Source: Bacteroidota bacterium (GTDB lineage: Bacteria; Bacteroidota; Bacteroidia; CAILMK01). Taken from it: DNA of 48,782 nt. The notes below the pieces were generated by a model. The model searched no databases and was not told the origin of the DNA. It was given only the letters and a program-made list of their open reading frames with translations. Below, one piece after another: positions 1 through 9,641 of the stretch. Both the position numbers and the translations under genes were made by a program. The stretch covers positions 11,032 to 59,813 of the forward strand of contig DAIUCM010000005.1 in assembly GCA_036846145.1 (NCBI GenBank), read 5' to 3'. The stretch's first letter is position 1. Each line of letters starts with the position of its first letter.

Positions 1-1057
1 CGCCGCCGTAGCCGCCTTGTGAACCTTGTCCGCCAGACTGGCCGTAAGAAGAACCGCCATAGTTGCCTTGTGAGCCATAAGAAGAGCCACCCTGGTTACC
101 GCCCATAGAGCCTGAACCGTAGTTACCGCCCTGAGAACCGTAAGAAGAGCCACCCTGCGAACCGTAAGAACCCTGGTTTCCGCCGCCCCAGTTCTGAGAA
201 CCTGAGTTGCCGCCGTAATTGCCTTGCGATCCGTAAGAAGAACCACCGCCATAGTTTCCTTGTGAGCCTGAACCATAAGATGAACCCTGGTTGCCGCCTT
301 GTGAGCCGTAGCTTCCTTGTGAATTATAGGAAGAACCTCCTTGTGAGCCGCCCCATCCCTGGTTGCCTTGTCCGCTCATGCCTGAACCGTAGCTTCCGCC
401 GCCGTAGCCGCCTTGTGAACCTTGTCCGCCAGACTGGCCGTAAGAAGAACCACTTTGTGATCCGCCCCAGTTTCCTTGTCCGCTATCACCCATTCCTAAA
501 GATGATGAGCCGTATGAGCCCTGGTTAAAGCCGCTGTTTCCGCTGCCCTGGTTATAACCGCTGTTCTGGCTTCCTTGTCCGTAGCTACCGCCACTCATGC
601 CTGAGCCCTGGCTGCCGGACTGGCCATAAGAACTACCTTGAGATCCTGAGCCATAATTTCCGCCTCCTTGACCGCCAGACTGGTCATAGGAACTGCCTTG
701 TGATGATGAACCATAGCTGCTTTGGCTTCCGCTTTGCGAACCTGAGCCAGTTGAGCCGCTGCCAGATGATGAACCTGTGCTGCCGCTGCGTGAAGAAGTA
801 CTGCCAGACTTGCTGCCGGTTGCTGTGCTTCTTGTTGATTTTGCTGTTGTTCCTGTAGATTTTCCTTTTGATGAGGAAGATGAACCTGTAGAACCGCTTT
901 TCGCAGAACCAGATGAACTTCCGGAAGAGCCTGAACCCTGTGAAGTTGTTGTGTTGCCTGAGTTGGTAGAGCCGCTCATACCTGATGATGAGGATGAAGA
1001 GCCGCTGTTTTGGGATTGACTGGATTGTGAAGATGAGTTTTTGTTGTCTGTGGCCAT
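1..1057 (-). CDS. Low-complexity G/S/Y/Q/N-rich repeat protein (FUS-like SYGQ/GG repeats), 3' partial because the gene runs off the window start
   Basis: Minus-strand ATG at 1057..1055 opens an uninterrupted frame to position 1 (MATDNKNSSSQSSQSQNSGSSSSSSGMSG...). It then becomes degenerate repeats such as SSYGQSGGQGSQGGYGG and NYGGSS. The DNA carries a roughly 55-bp exact direct repeat at 1-56 and 397-452. The plus-strand ORFs 262..528 and 777..1019 are antisense artefacts of this repeat. Confidence 0.55.
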   Translation of the reverse strand, partial: MATDNKNSSSQSSQSQNSGSSSSSSGMSGSTNSGNTTTSQGSGSSGSSSGSAKSGSTGSSSSSKGKSTGTTAKSTRSTATGSKSGSTSSRSGSTGSSSGSGSTGSGSQSGSQSSYGSSSQGSSYDQSGGQGGGNYGSGSQGSSYGQSGSQGSGMSGGSYGQGSQNSGYNQGSGNSGFNQGSYGSSSLGMGDSGQGNWGGSQSGSSYGQSGGQGSQGGYGGGSYGSGMSGQGNQGWGGSQGGSSYNSQGSYGSQGGNQGSSYGSGSQGNYGGGSSYGSQGNYGGNSGSQNWGGGNQGSYGSQGGSSYGSQGGNYGSGSMGGNQGGSSYGSQGNYGGSSYGQSGGQGSQGGYGG

Positions 1058-1575
1058 AATAGATTAATTTATTTGGTTCGGTTTAGACAACATGAAAACT
1101 AAAAAAGTGTTTAACACCGCTTTTTTATGTTGTTTAATACAAATGCTTTATCATTTTTTAGAAACCTTAGTTTAAGTTTTATACTGCCGCAATTTTCGCA
1201 TGCATATCAGTTAACAAAACACTTTGCACATATATACCAGGCGCTAAAAATGCTTCGGGCTTATTACATGGTGGCAGTATGGTCATCTGAAATATGACCG
1301 TAAAACCGGCTGTTAAATTACGAAAATTCGGAGCTTGAAAATCAAGGCTTTACCAAATTCTTCTAAACACTATATACATTTCTGCTTTTATATAGTAAAG
1401 GATTAAGGAACATTTTTACGAATAAGTATTAATGGGAATTTAGTTTACATTAAAGTACACTGCTGAAAATAATAAATGGCGTTTTTACAGCACTTTGCTC
1501 CTGTATTTTTTCTGTATGCATTACGCAATGCTTTTGTCCTGATACTTAGAATTAAATTGTTTTTAAAATATAAAT

Positions 1576-2196
1576 ATGCCGGTTTCAAATATTGTAAAAA
1601 ACATAAAGCACGAAATTAACGCGCTCGCAGGCAAGGAAGCGAAAGACAAACAATTTTGCGCTGAACATATATATGAGCGTGAGGATGATGCTATAACAGC
1701 TTTCATTTTGTCGAAGGAAAAGCTCTTCGATGTAAATGCCTGGAGCGAAATTCCGGGTATAAATTCTACTTTTATTCTGTATGATGATAACGGAAAAAAA
1801 GCCGAAGGCAAAGTACTTGAAGGATATTTTATAAAGATATTGCTGCCAGGCGCAAAAATAAAGAATTGGGTACACATAAAATCAGTAACCAATGAGGCCG
1901 ATTTCGCGCAGTTTATAGTTCATCCGAGTGAAAAACCAGCCGACCGTAATAAACCGGATGCGGAAGTGAAACATTTTTTTGCGGAAGAAGCCAGCAGTAC
2001 TTTCAGGGTAATGAGAGAAGGCAATAAAATTACAGCATTTGAGATTGGCCGAAATGAAGTAATTAACAACAACGGCCATGAAGCCGGCAGCAGAGCCCTG
2101 TTAAATACACTGATAGCGGAAGGTGGCTGGGCCGGTTTCCAGAAAATACAATGGGAAAAGCTTACCCGCTATCTTGTGCATCTGGAGGAAGACTGA
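1576..2196 (+). CDS. Hypothetical protein, 206 aa, with no motif I recognise
   Basis: Clean ORF with ATG start and protein-like composition, in a clean gap between neighbouring genes. Confidence 0.5.
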   Translation: MPVSNIVKNIKHEINALAGKEAKDKQFCAEHIYEREDDAITAFILSKEKLFDVNAWSEIPGINSTFILYDDNGKKAEGKVLEGYFIKILLPGAKIKNWVHIKSVTNEADFAQFIVHPSEKPADRNKPDAEVKHFFAEEASSTFRVMREGNKITAFEIGRNEVINNNGHEAGSRALLNTLIAEGGWAGFQKIQWEKLTRYLVHLEED

Positions 2197-2426
2197 GTTT
2201 TTAAATTAAAAATTAAAAATTAAAAATGCTTCTGAGTTCGGTACCTTCTTGCTGTTTAGTATAGTTGAAACCCATATATGTTTATGATGCGGACTTGGGG
2301 CGTTGCCCCAAGCTGTGTTCTCTCACCCTTTTAGGGTGTTAATAAAGTATTTTTAGCATCAGTGATATATGAAATGCAGTTTGCAAAATGCATCACGCTT
2401 AACGCATCTCGCCCAGCGCATAACCA

Positions 2427-3398
2427 TTAAGTACTTAAAATACTTGCCAGCTCCATTAGCTCGTCCGCTACAGGTTTCTTTTTTTCTACTGCTTCGCGAA
2501 GGGAAACAAAATGCAGCTTTTCATTGCATAAGCCTAGCGCTACATTTTTTTTGCCATCCAGTAAAGCTTGTACGGCGCCAGCGCCCAGGCGCGATGCTAA
2601 AACACGGTCGCGCGCAGTTGGTGAGCCGCCTCGTTGAATATGGCCGAGCACAACAATACGGTATTCAATGCCATCAACCTGAGCTTTTATTTTCTCGACT
2701 ACTTCAAAAACACCACCCGCATCATCGCCTTCGGAAACCACTATCAGCTGCGAGCCTTTCTTTCTGCCCCAGCCATTGCGTATGGTTTCTACCAGGTCCT
2801 GCAGATTGGTTTTAAATTCAGGAACAAGAATGGCTTCCGCACCGCCGCTAATGCCAACATCCATGGCAATAAAACCTGCATCGCGGCCCATTACTTCCAC
2901 AAAAAACATACGGTCGTTACTATCTGCCGTATCCCGGATTTTATCTATAGCTTCCAGCGCTGTGTTAATTGCCGTGTCATAGCCGATAGTGTAATCTGTA
3001 CCGTAAAGATCGTTATCTATGGTTCCGGGTACGCCAATAATAGGTATGCCATGCTCTTCGAATAATTTGTAAGCGCCTGTGTATGTCCCATTTCCGCCAA
3101 TGGCAACAATTCCATCAATACATTTATCTCTTAACTGATCTGCAGCTATTTGCCGGCCTTCAGGCGTTAAGAAGCTTTTGCTGCGAGCCGTTTTTAAGAT
3201 TGTGCCTCCGCGTTGTATAATATTTGAAACAGAAACAGAGGTCATTTCTTCAATTCTGCCTTCAATCATGCCCTGGTAACCACGCTTGATGCCGTAAACC
3301 TGCAAACCATGGTATAAACCTGCGCGCACCACAGCACGTATACAGGCATTCATACCGGGTGCATCACCGCCGGAACAGAAAACAGCTATTTTTTTCAT
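2427..3398 (-). CDS. pfkA: ATP-dependent 6-phosphofructokinase
   Basis: MKKIAVFCSGGDAPGMNACIRAVV...GIVAIGGNGTYTGA...GTIDNDLYGTDYTIGYDTA...MGRDAGFIA are canonical PfkA motifs. The start is trimmed to the internal Met at 3398; the upstream 157 codons of the ORF track (to 3869) are non-protein-like and overlap the GH3 gene. Confidence 0.9.
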   Translation of the reverse strand: MKKIAVFCSGGDAPGMNACIRAVVRAGLYHGLQVYGIKRGYQGMIEGRIEEMTSVSVSNIIQRGGTILKTARSKSFLTPEGRQIAADQLRDKCIDGIVAIGGNGTYTGAYKLFEEHGIPIIGVPGTIDNDLYGTDYTIGYDTAINTALEAIDKIRDTADSNDRMFFVEVMGRDAGFIAMDVGISGGAEAILVPEFKTNLQDLVETIRNGWGRKKGSQLIVVSEGDDAGGVFEVVEKIKAQVDGIEYRIVVLGHIQRGGSPTARDRVLASRLGAGAVQALLDGKKNVALGLCNEKLHFVSLREAVEKKKPVADELMELASILST

Positions 3399-3512
3399 TT
3401 TGGCAAATCTTTCAACCGCAAAGAAAACTAAATTATTGCTACCTTTGGCTGAAATATTTTCCATTATAGTCATATAAATACAGGCCGGAAAATACTTAAG
3501 CCTTGTAAAAGC

Positions 3513-5033
3513 ATGGGAATAAAAGCTTTCGCTGCGAGAATTTTGGCTAAGCAGGTTCATAAAAGCACGCTCAACTGGAGCCGGAATCCTGCGCAGGTAC
3601 AAAAGAAAATACTTGAACAACTTGTGAAGGTTGGTAAGGAGACGCTTTTTGGTGATGACCACGATTTCAACTACATCAAAAATTATTCTGATTTTAAGGA
3701 AGTAGTTCCAATCCGTGATTATGAAGGTTTGCGCCCTTATGTAAAGAAAATACTGGAAGGCGAGGACGATGTCTTGTGGAAAGGCAAACCTTTGTATTTT
3801 GCTAAAACCAGCGGCACTACAAGCGGTGTAAAATATATTCCTATTTCCGATGAAAGCATGCCGTATCATATTAATGCGGCGCGAAATGCTTTGCTTGCAT
3901 ATATATATGAAACAGGAAATGCTTCATTTTTAGATGGTAAGCTTATTTTTTTAAGCGGCAGCCCGGTGCTTGAAGAAAAAAGCGGCATACAAACCGGCAG
4001 GTTATCAGGCATTGTAAATCATCATGTTCCATCTTATTTGCGTGGCGGCCAGCTGCCGAGCTATAAAACCAATTGTATTGAAGACTGGGAAACCAAAGTT
4101 GATAAAATTGTAGAGGAAACCATAAGCCAGGATATGCGCCTGATAAGCGGAATACCACCGTGGATGCAGATGTATTTCGATAAATTGCAGGAAAAGAGCG
4201 GCAAGAAAATAGGCGAGCTGTTCCCCAATTTTTCATTGATGGTGCAAGGTGGTGTAAACTTTGAGCCGTATAGAGAAAAACTTTTCCAAAGCATTGGCAG
4301 AAAGATAGATACGGTTGAGACTTTCCCTGCCAGCGAAGGCTTTATGGCTTACCAGAACAGCCAGAAAGAAGAAGGTTTGCTGCTATTGCTGAACCATGGA
4401 ATTTTTTACGAATTTATCCCGGCAAGCGAGGTTCATAACAATAATCCTACGCGCTTAAATATTTCTCAGGTGGAGCTTGGTGTAAATTACGCCATTATTC
4501 TAAATACAAATGCAGGTTTGTGGGGCTATAATATTGGCGATACAGTGAAATTTGTTTCTAAAGATCCGTACAAAATAATTGTAACCGGCCGTATAAAACA
4601 CTTCATTTCTGCTTTTGGCGAACACGTTATTGGCGAAGAGGTGGAAAGCAGTATTACAGAAGTTGCGCGCGAACAAGGTGTGAATATTATTGAATTTACG
4701 GTTGCGCCAAATATCAATCCGGCAGAGGGCGGCCTGCCTTACCACGAATGGTTTGTAGAGTTCGAGAATATTCCTGAAAACCTGGATAATTTCCGCATGA
4801 AAGTGGATGAAAGGCTGCAGCGCCGCAATATTTATTATAAAGATCTTATTGCCGGAAAAATCCTCCAGCCGTTGTGTATTCGCCCAATGCAGAAAGATAG
4901 TTTTATCAATTACATGAAATCTATAGGTAAGCTGGGCGGGCAAAATAAATTACCAAGATTAAGCAACGACAGGACAATTGCTGATAAGCTTGGAGATTAT
5001 GTTTTGCAAAGGCATAATTCAATTACGAATTAG
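3513..5033 (+). CDS. GH3 family protein (auxin-responsive GH3-like acyl-adenylate / acyl acid amido synthetase superfamily)
   Basis: 506 aa with a GH3-family-like N-terminal region (PLYFAKTSGTTSGVKYIPIS, KNYSDFKEVVPIRDYEGLRPY); full-length. Confidence 0.85.
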   Translation: MGIKAFAARILAKQVHKSTLNWSRNPAQVQKKILEQLVKVGKETLFGDDHDFNYIKNYSDFKEVVPIRDYEGLRPYVKKILEGEDDVLWKGKPLYFAKTSGTTSGVKYIPISDESMPYHINAARNALLAYIYETGNASFLDGKLIFLSGSPVLEEKSGIQTGRLSGIVNHHVPSYLRGGQLPSYKTNCIEDWETKVDKIVEETISQDMRLISGIPPWMQMYFDKLQEKSGKKIGELFPNFSLMVQGGVNFEPYREKLFQSIGRKIDTVETFPASEGFMAYQNSQKEEGLLLLLNHGIFYEFIPASEVHNNNPTRLNISQVELGVNYAIILNTNAGLWGYNIGDTVKFVSKDPYKIIVTGRIKHFISAFGEHVIGEEVESSITEVAREQGVNIIEFTVAPNINPAEGGLPYHEWFVEFENIPENLDNFRMKVDERLQRRNIYYKDLIAGKILQPLCIRPMQKDSFINYMKSIGKLGGQNKLPRLSNDRTIADKLGDYVLQRHNSITN

Positions 5034-5107
5034 TAATTACGAATTACGAATGAAAGCATTTTTGAGGATTTAGATATATGCAGATTATTTAGTTTGATAG
5101 AAATAAA

Positions 5108-5590
5108 ATGGAAATTCCTGTTGCAGAATGGTTAAATTCTGATGATAAACTTGTTTCGATTATTAGTAATATTAATTCAGGAGAAAAATCTTTTATAGAG
5201 CAAGCAACTGAGGCGTTTAACAAAATTTCTGAAGTCTATAAATTACCTAAATTTCCTGATGATATTACTAAAAATCTATTGAATGAATATCAAGAGAGAG
5301 GAGTTGAGAATCCACGATCTGTGTATGAAGAAATTGGAATTATAAGATTTTTACAACCAAATGACGATCCAAGAGGCATTGTATTGGCTGCATTATACAA
5401 TGTAAAAAACACGCAATATATTGATATTGATATTTGTGCAGCTGAGTTTTTCGGAAGTTTTGAAAATATTCCAGATGAATATGTTATCTATTATGAAGGC
5501 GAAGGTGCCGAATGCAAATTATGTTTCTTAAAAAAAGGTGAGCGCTGGGCAAAACCAGGCATAAAATATGCCTCGAAGATAATTTCATAA
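5108..5590 (+). CDS. Hypothetical protein, 160 aa, inside an AT-rich islet
   Basis: ORF with ATG start in a visibly AT-rich segment following the GH3 terminator region; no motif I recognise. Confidence 0.5.
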   Translation: MEIPVAEWLNSDDKLVSIISNINSGEKSFIEQATEAFNKISEVYKLPKFPDDITKNLLNEYQERGVENPRSVYEEIGIIRFLQPNDDPRGIVLAALYNVKNTQYIDIDICAAEFFGSFENIPDEYVIYYEGEGAECKLCFLKKGERWAKPGIKYASKIIS

Positions 5591-5695
5591 TATCCTTATT
5601 CGCGCAGCATTTTCCATATATACTTCCTCCCAAAAATATCTCAAATCTGATATTCTCCACCCTCATTCATTTGCAAAAATAGATTTTAATTAGAG

Positions 5696-6373
5696 ATGAA
5701 AGCAATTTCAAAGAAGTGGATACACGTTATAATTTTTTGCTTTGCATCTATTTCATGTAATTTTAATTCTAATGATTTGAACAAAGACTCTGCAAACTCT
5801 CCTAAAATTATAATATCTGAGTTAAGAAAAATTGGATTCTTTGAGAATTTTAGTTCTTTAACTGATGAAGAAGTTTTTGATACGCTACATCAACAAAGAA
5901 TAAATCATTATACTAAGATTTTTGGCAGACATTATGATCCGGGCATGAATCTTTCGGACTATGAAATTTTGATGTTAGATAACAAAAGAGTTGTAAGTGG
6001 AGATTATGAAGCAGATGTTGGAAAAGACAATGATGTTTATATAGCCATTCTGGAAACATTTTCTCGTGCTTCGGGTGGACTTTTTAATCCTGAAAATATA
6101 GTTGAGAAATGGGAAAGTGATGAAGGACCAGTTACCGTTTCATTTCATAACTATAATAATACCGTTGAATTTAAGCCTGAATATCAAGATGATTGGCTCT
6201 CTGGAAAAGTTTTCAGCATAATTAATGAACAGATGGCTATAAAAGGTAATGAAAAATTCTATTTGTTTTTAGGTAAAGATGAGTTCGGACTTGGACAAAA
6301 TTTTATTTATGTTAGAATGAGTGAAATCCAAAAAGATGCATTTCAAAAGCATTTCGGCTGGAAATTCTTATAG
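5696..6373 (+). CDS. Hypothetical lipoprotein, 225 aa
   Basis: N-terminal MKAISKKWIHVIIFCFASISC is a signal peptide with a lipobox-like Cys; the gene is AT-rich like its upstream neighbour. Confidence 0.55.
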   Translation: MKAISKKWIHVIIFCFASISCNFNSNDLNKDSANSPKIIISELRKIGFFENFSSLTDEEVFDTLHQQRINHYTKIFGRHYDPGMNLSDYEILMLDNKRVVSGDYEADVGKDNDVYIAILETFSRASGGLFNPENIVEKWESDEGPVTVSFHNYNNTVEFKPEYQDDWLSGKVFSIINEQMAIKGNEKFYLFLGKDEFGLGQNFIYVRMSEIQKDAFQKHFGWKFL

Positions 6374-7168
6374 TTCTTTTTGCATGTCTTATTTTGCTTT
6401 GCATATAAGTAATAGCCAAATAATGCTTTGAAAAGCAGTTGAAATAAGATTTAAATCCTCACCAGCGAAACAATATTTTCTACATGGTAGGTATGCGGAA
6501 ACATATCTACCGGCTGAACTTGGGTTACTTTGTAAGCATCCCAAACTTCGCTCAGCTCGGGATGAGTGATTTACTGATGCCCTATGGCCGTGTAGAATAA
6601 TACTTTTGTCCATGACCTTGATATACTTATCACCTTGCTGTAGTCGTGCCACTGGCAGGAGGTTAATTTTCCGTCTTTGAAACAGCGCTTTACATATAAT
6701 ATTGCCTGTAAGAGAACGTATTTAGTATAGATTAAATTACAATACTGAATTAACTGCAAGAAGCTAATTTACAGTAATTTGCTGCTGTATTATTTCTGAA
6801 CCAACATACAATACTTTTGCCTCAATACTTACCTGATAATACTTTTAGTTTAACAGCATAAAGCATTTTTTTAGAGGTACCTATATGGAAGCTGAATAAA
6901 AAACCGGTTAAAGAAGCACAATTGCTTTGAAAATAAATTGCTATTCACTAATTTTGCACCCTTAATTATTAGTATCATGGGAAAAGGAAGTAAAACTACG
7001 CGCAATATGAATGTTCTTATAACAAGAATACTTCGCAAGCGCCAGCTAAAGAAAGGTGCGGCTAAAACTTTTGCAAGGCCCGATAATATTGGTCCTGCAC
7101 CGAAGATCAGCGACAGCAATTCAGAAGCATAATTTAAGCTGCAGGTAAAGCTGCGGTACGTACGATTT

Positions 7169-7771
7169 CTACTTATAGCCAAGGAATGCGATTGCAGATT
7201 CAATTTCCGGCTCTTTGGCAGGGTCGTATTTTTCTTTCAGGTTCATATCAAAAGCGGAAGCAAAACCTTGCCAAACCAAGGCGGTAAGGCCGTTTTTATA
7301 TTCCTTAATAAGCTGGTAAGATGACCGGCCGGTTTGCCTGTCAATTAGTTTAATTAGCAGCTTGCCACGGCGGTAGCTGAGGTTCTTCAGCTTATCTTCA
7401 TATTCTTCTTTCAGCTTTTTTTCTTCATCTTTCAGGAATTTTCGCTTATCCTTGTTTTTAGGCAGTTCTGCCATCTGCTGGTCTATATCTTTCAGCTTTT
7501 TAGAGAAATCCTGCACATAAGGCCAAACTACCTGTACATCACGTATCAGGCGCGCCCAATCCTTTTGTTTCTTAAGATCCTCGGCGCTCATTTGCTCCTC
7601 GGCAACCGCTTCTTCAAGTATATAAACAGGCAAAGTGTCCTGCCCGATGATCTGCACCGGTAGCTTTATGCCGGTTTTTTCTGTTTCGGGCTGTGCTGCA
7701 GCCTGCTGTAGAAATCCGAACATACATATCAAAACAAAAACTGCCTTTCTCATAATGTTCCAAATTTTCAT
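7169..7771 (-). CDS. Secreted hypothetical protein (DUF4294-like, Bacteroidota-specific)
   Basis: Signal peptide (MRKAVFVLICMFGFLQQAAAQ) followed by a charged, K/E-rich, alpha-helical body. The family assignment is from memory of DUF4294 architecture and was not verified. Confidence 0.55.
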   Translation of the reverse strand: MKIWNIMRKAVFVLICMFGFLQQAAAQPETEKTGIKLPVQIIGQDTLPVYILEEAVAEEQMSAEDLKKQKDWARLIRDVQVVWPYVQDFSKKLKDIDQQMAELPKNKDKRKFLKDEEKKLKEEYEDKLKNLSYRRGKLLIKLIDRQTGRSSYQLIKEYKNGLTALVWQGFASAFDMNLKEKYDPAKEPEIESAIAFLGYK

Positions 7772-7827
7772 AATAGCAAATAATATTCAATATACATGCC
7801 ATTAATAAGCAGCATTGTTTTACAGCC

Positions 7828-9480
7828 TTACAGGAAGCTGTAGCTTAAGCCGCCTGTAATTTGAAACCCGCGAGAAGGGTAAAAGTTCCAGAGCTGGTAT
7901 TGCGTGCCCAGTATGTTTTTGAGTTCGAGGTGCGCTTTTAAGCCTTTTGCATTGCCGCCAAAAGCATAGCTGATATTTGTATTAAGATCTATAATATTGC
8001 CCAGGTCGTAATCAGTCAATTTATAGGTATTGCTGGCCGAATCTTTAAGCCAGGTGCCGCCATAACGCTTGCCTGCGAAAAACAGGTCGGCGCCAATGCC
8101 AATTTTATTGGCGATGTTGTAACGACCGGTAATTACGGCATCAAAATTAGGCCTGTGGTAAGCTTTTGTTAAGGTAGATAAATTGTACGAATTTAAGTTT
8201 ACGGCCGCGCCAAGTATAAAATTTTCCATGATGGATAAACCTGCCTCGGCATGTACATTAAATACGTTTGTATTAGAATCGTACAGTACATTAAAGCGGC
8301 GCTTATCAACAGAATCGTTCAGGTAAAACGGCAGGTATTTGTAGTTTTTATACGCAAGCCCAACCGCAAAAGTTGATGTATTGCTGAAACTGCCTTTGGC
8401 GCCACCAAATAGGTTGAGCTTTTCATTGGTATTTTTTAACCTTATATCAGATGCTATAAAGTGGTTCTCGTAAGCAAACTGCCTGAAAGTATTTTCCTGT
8501 ATGTTACCGGTAATGCCGCCATAAAGCGTTAAGTATTTGGCAATTATATCAGCTTCCAGCTTTGCGTTCGGGTAAAAATGGAATGTTTCGTCCGATGCGG
8601 TTTTTATGCCAACATCTGCCCGGAAACCATTTACAATAAATTTATAACCGGCTGCTAGCCTCAATAAACCACGATCTATGGAAGTATCGGTTCTGTATTT
8701 CCAGTACTGGTAGCTTGCATCTGCATATATCCTGCTGCCGCGAAATGGTTCAACACCGGATGCGCCGATCCTAAAACCCGTTTCGCCAGTTTTATAGAAA
8801 TCGCTGAAATTATAAATGCCAAGATCTGCACCATACTGGAATTTTCCGGTATCGGCATTGGCACGTGCAAATTTTGTGTTGAAATAAATATCGTTAAAAC
8901 GCTGCTTTGTGCTGTCGGCATCGGTTATAGAATCTCCCGGAATCTGCGCATAGAACCTGTTTGCAAGCCTTTGGTAACCAAGGTTGCCGGTAATGCTATG
9001 GCCGGAGAAAACACGTTTGCCAAAAGCATCAATCATGTTTTCGGAAAAGCGCGAATCTTTAACCGGCCCGTTGCCCGAATGATGTTTGCCATGTAAAGTA
9101 AACAGGCTGTTTTTATTTCTTAAAGTATTGAAAATATATTCGCCATTCACATCAGCATAATTTCCAAACATAAGCTTTGCATAGTGATGATGCAGTTCTG
9201 ATACCGGTCCTTGTTTTAAGGTAGGCGCGCTTAGTTTGGCTTTAAAAGGCTCTGTATTGTAAATAAAAGCCGGTATTTTGTAGGTGATTTCCGGTTTGGC
9301 TGTATTAATGTTTTCCTGCACAGGCACAACGTCAATTTTTACGGCATCGCTAAGCTTTGGTTTGTAGCCCGTTACAATTATTACAGTTTCATCGCCCATG
9401 CTTTTTCTATCATTCTGTGCATAAGCTGCTGCAGAACTTAGTACAAGCAGCGCTGCTAAAGCATTTTTTGGGCCAATGAT
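7828..9480 (-). CDS. Outer-membrane beta-barrel protein with an uncertain start
   Basis: Long ORF ending ...GGLSYSFL, an aromatic C-terminal residue typical of OM beta-barrels, with alternating beta-strand-like composition. A signal-peptide-like segment KNALAALLVLSSAAAYAQ lies about 50 codons into the 7828..9621 ORF. No ATG/GTG/TTG is adjacent to it; the nearest candidates are ATC/ATT codons at 9480/9477. The upstream 9504-9558 carries a perfect 16-bp inverted repeat, so the real start is probably downstream of the ORF-track start. Confidence 0.6.
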   Translation of the reverse strand: MIGPKNALAALLVLSSAAAYAQNDRKSMGDETVIIVTGYKPKLSDAVKIDVVPVQENINTAKPEITYKIPAFIYNTEPFKAKLSAPTLKQGPVSELHHHYAKLMFGNYADVNGEYIFNTLRNKNSLFTLHGKHHSGNGPVKDSRFSENMIDAFGKRVFSGHSITGNLGYQRLANRFYAQIPGDSITDADSTKQRFNDIYFNTKFARANADTGKFQYGADLGIYNFSDFYKTGETGFRIGASGVEPFRGSRIYADASYQYWKYRTDTSIDRGLLRLAAGYKFIVNGFRADVGIKTASDETFHFYPNAKLEADIIAKYLTLYGGITGNIQENTFRQFAYENHFIASDIRLKNTNEKLNLFGGAKGSFSNTSTFAVGLAYKNYKYLPFYLNDSVDKRRFNVLYDSNTNVFNVHAEAGLSIMENFILGAAVNLNSYNLSTLTKAYHRPNFDAVITGRYNIANKIGIGADLFFAGKRYGGTWLKDSASNTYKLTDYDLGNIIDLNTNISYAFGGNAKGLKAHLELKNILGTQYQLWNFYPSRGFQITGGLSYSFL

Positions 9481-9641
9481 ATATGGAAAAATGTTGGAAT
9501 GTAGTAAAGTTGAAAAGTTATAAGGTTGCTTTGCACCGCAGTAAGTTTTCAACTTTTCAACTTTACAACCTTGTAACCTCATAAAAGCATTTTTTGCGTA
9601 TGTTATATATGGAAGCTTCATTTTTGGCTGAATTTTTAATG

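Noticed and set aside
262-1019. Plus-strand ORFs 262..528 and 777..1019
   Set aside because: They are antisense readings of the repetitive low-complexity gene. The minus-strand frame is open across the whole region from the ATG at 1057.
2369-3065. Plus-strand ORFs 2369..2815, 2634..3065 and 2776..2982
   Set aside because: They are antisense to pfkA.
3399-3869. N-terminal 157-codon extension of the pfkA ORF
   Set aside because: The extension is not protein-like and overlaps the GH3 gene start. The canonical PfkA N-terminus MKKIAVFCSGGDAPGMN begins at the Met at 3398.
6938-7132. 64-aa basic ORF (MGKGSKTTRNMNVLITRILRKRQLKKGAAKTF...) preceded by a bipartite motif copy
   Set aside because: It could be a genuine small protein but has no recognisable family, and it overlaps a 110-aa antisense ORF. 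The evidence is too weak to call it.
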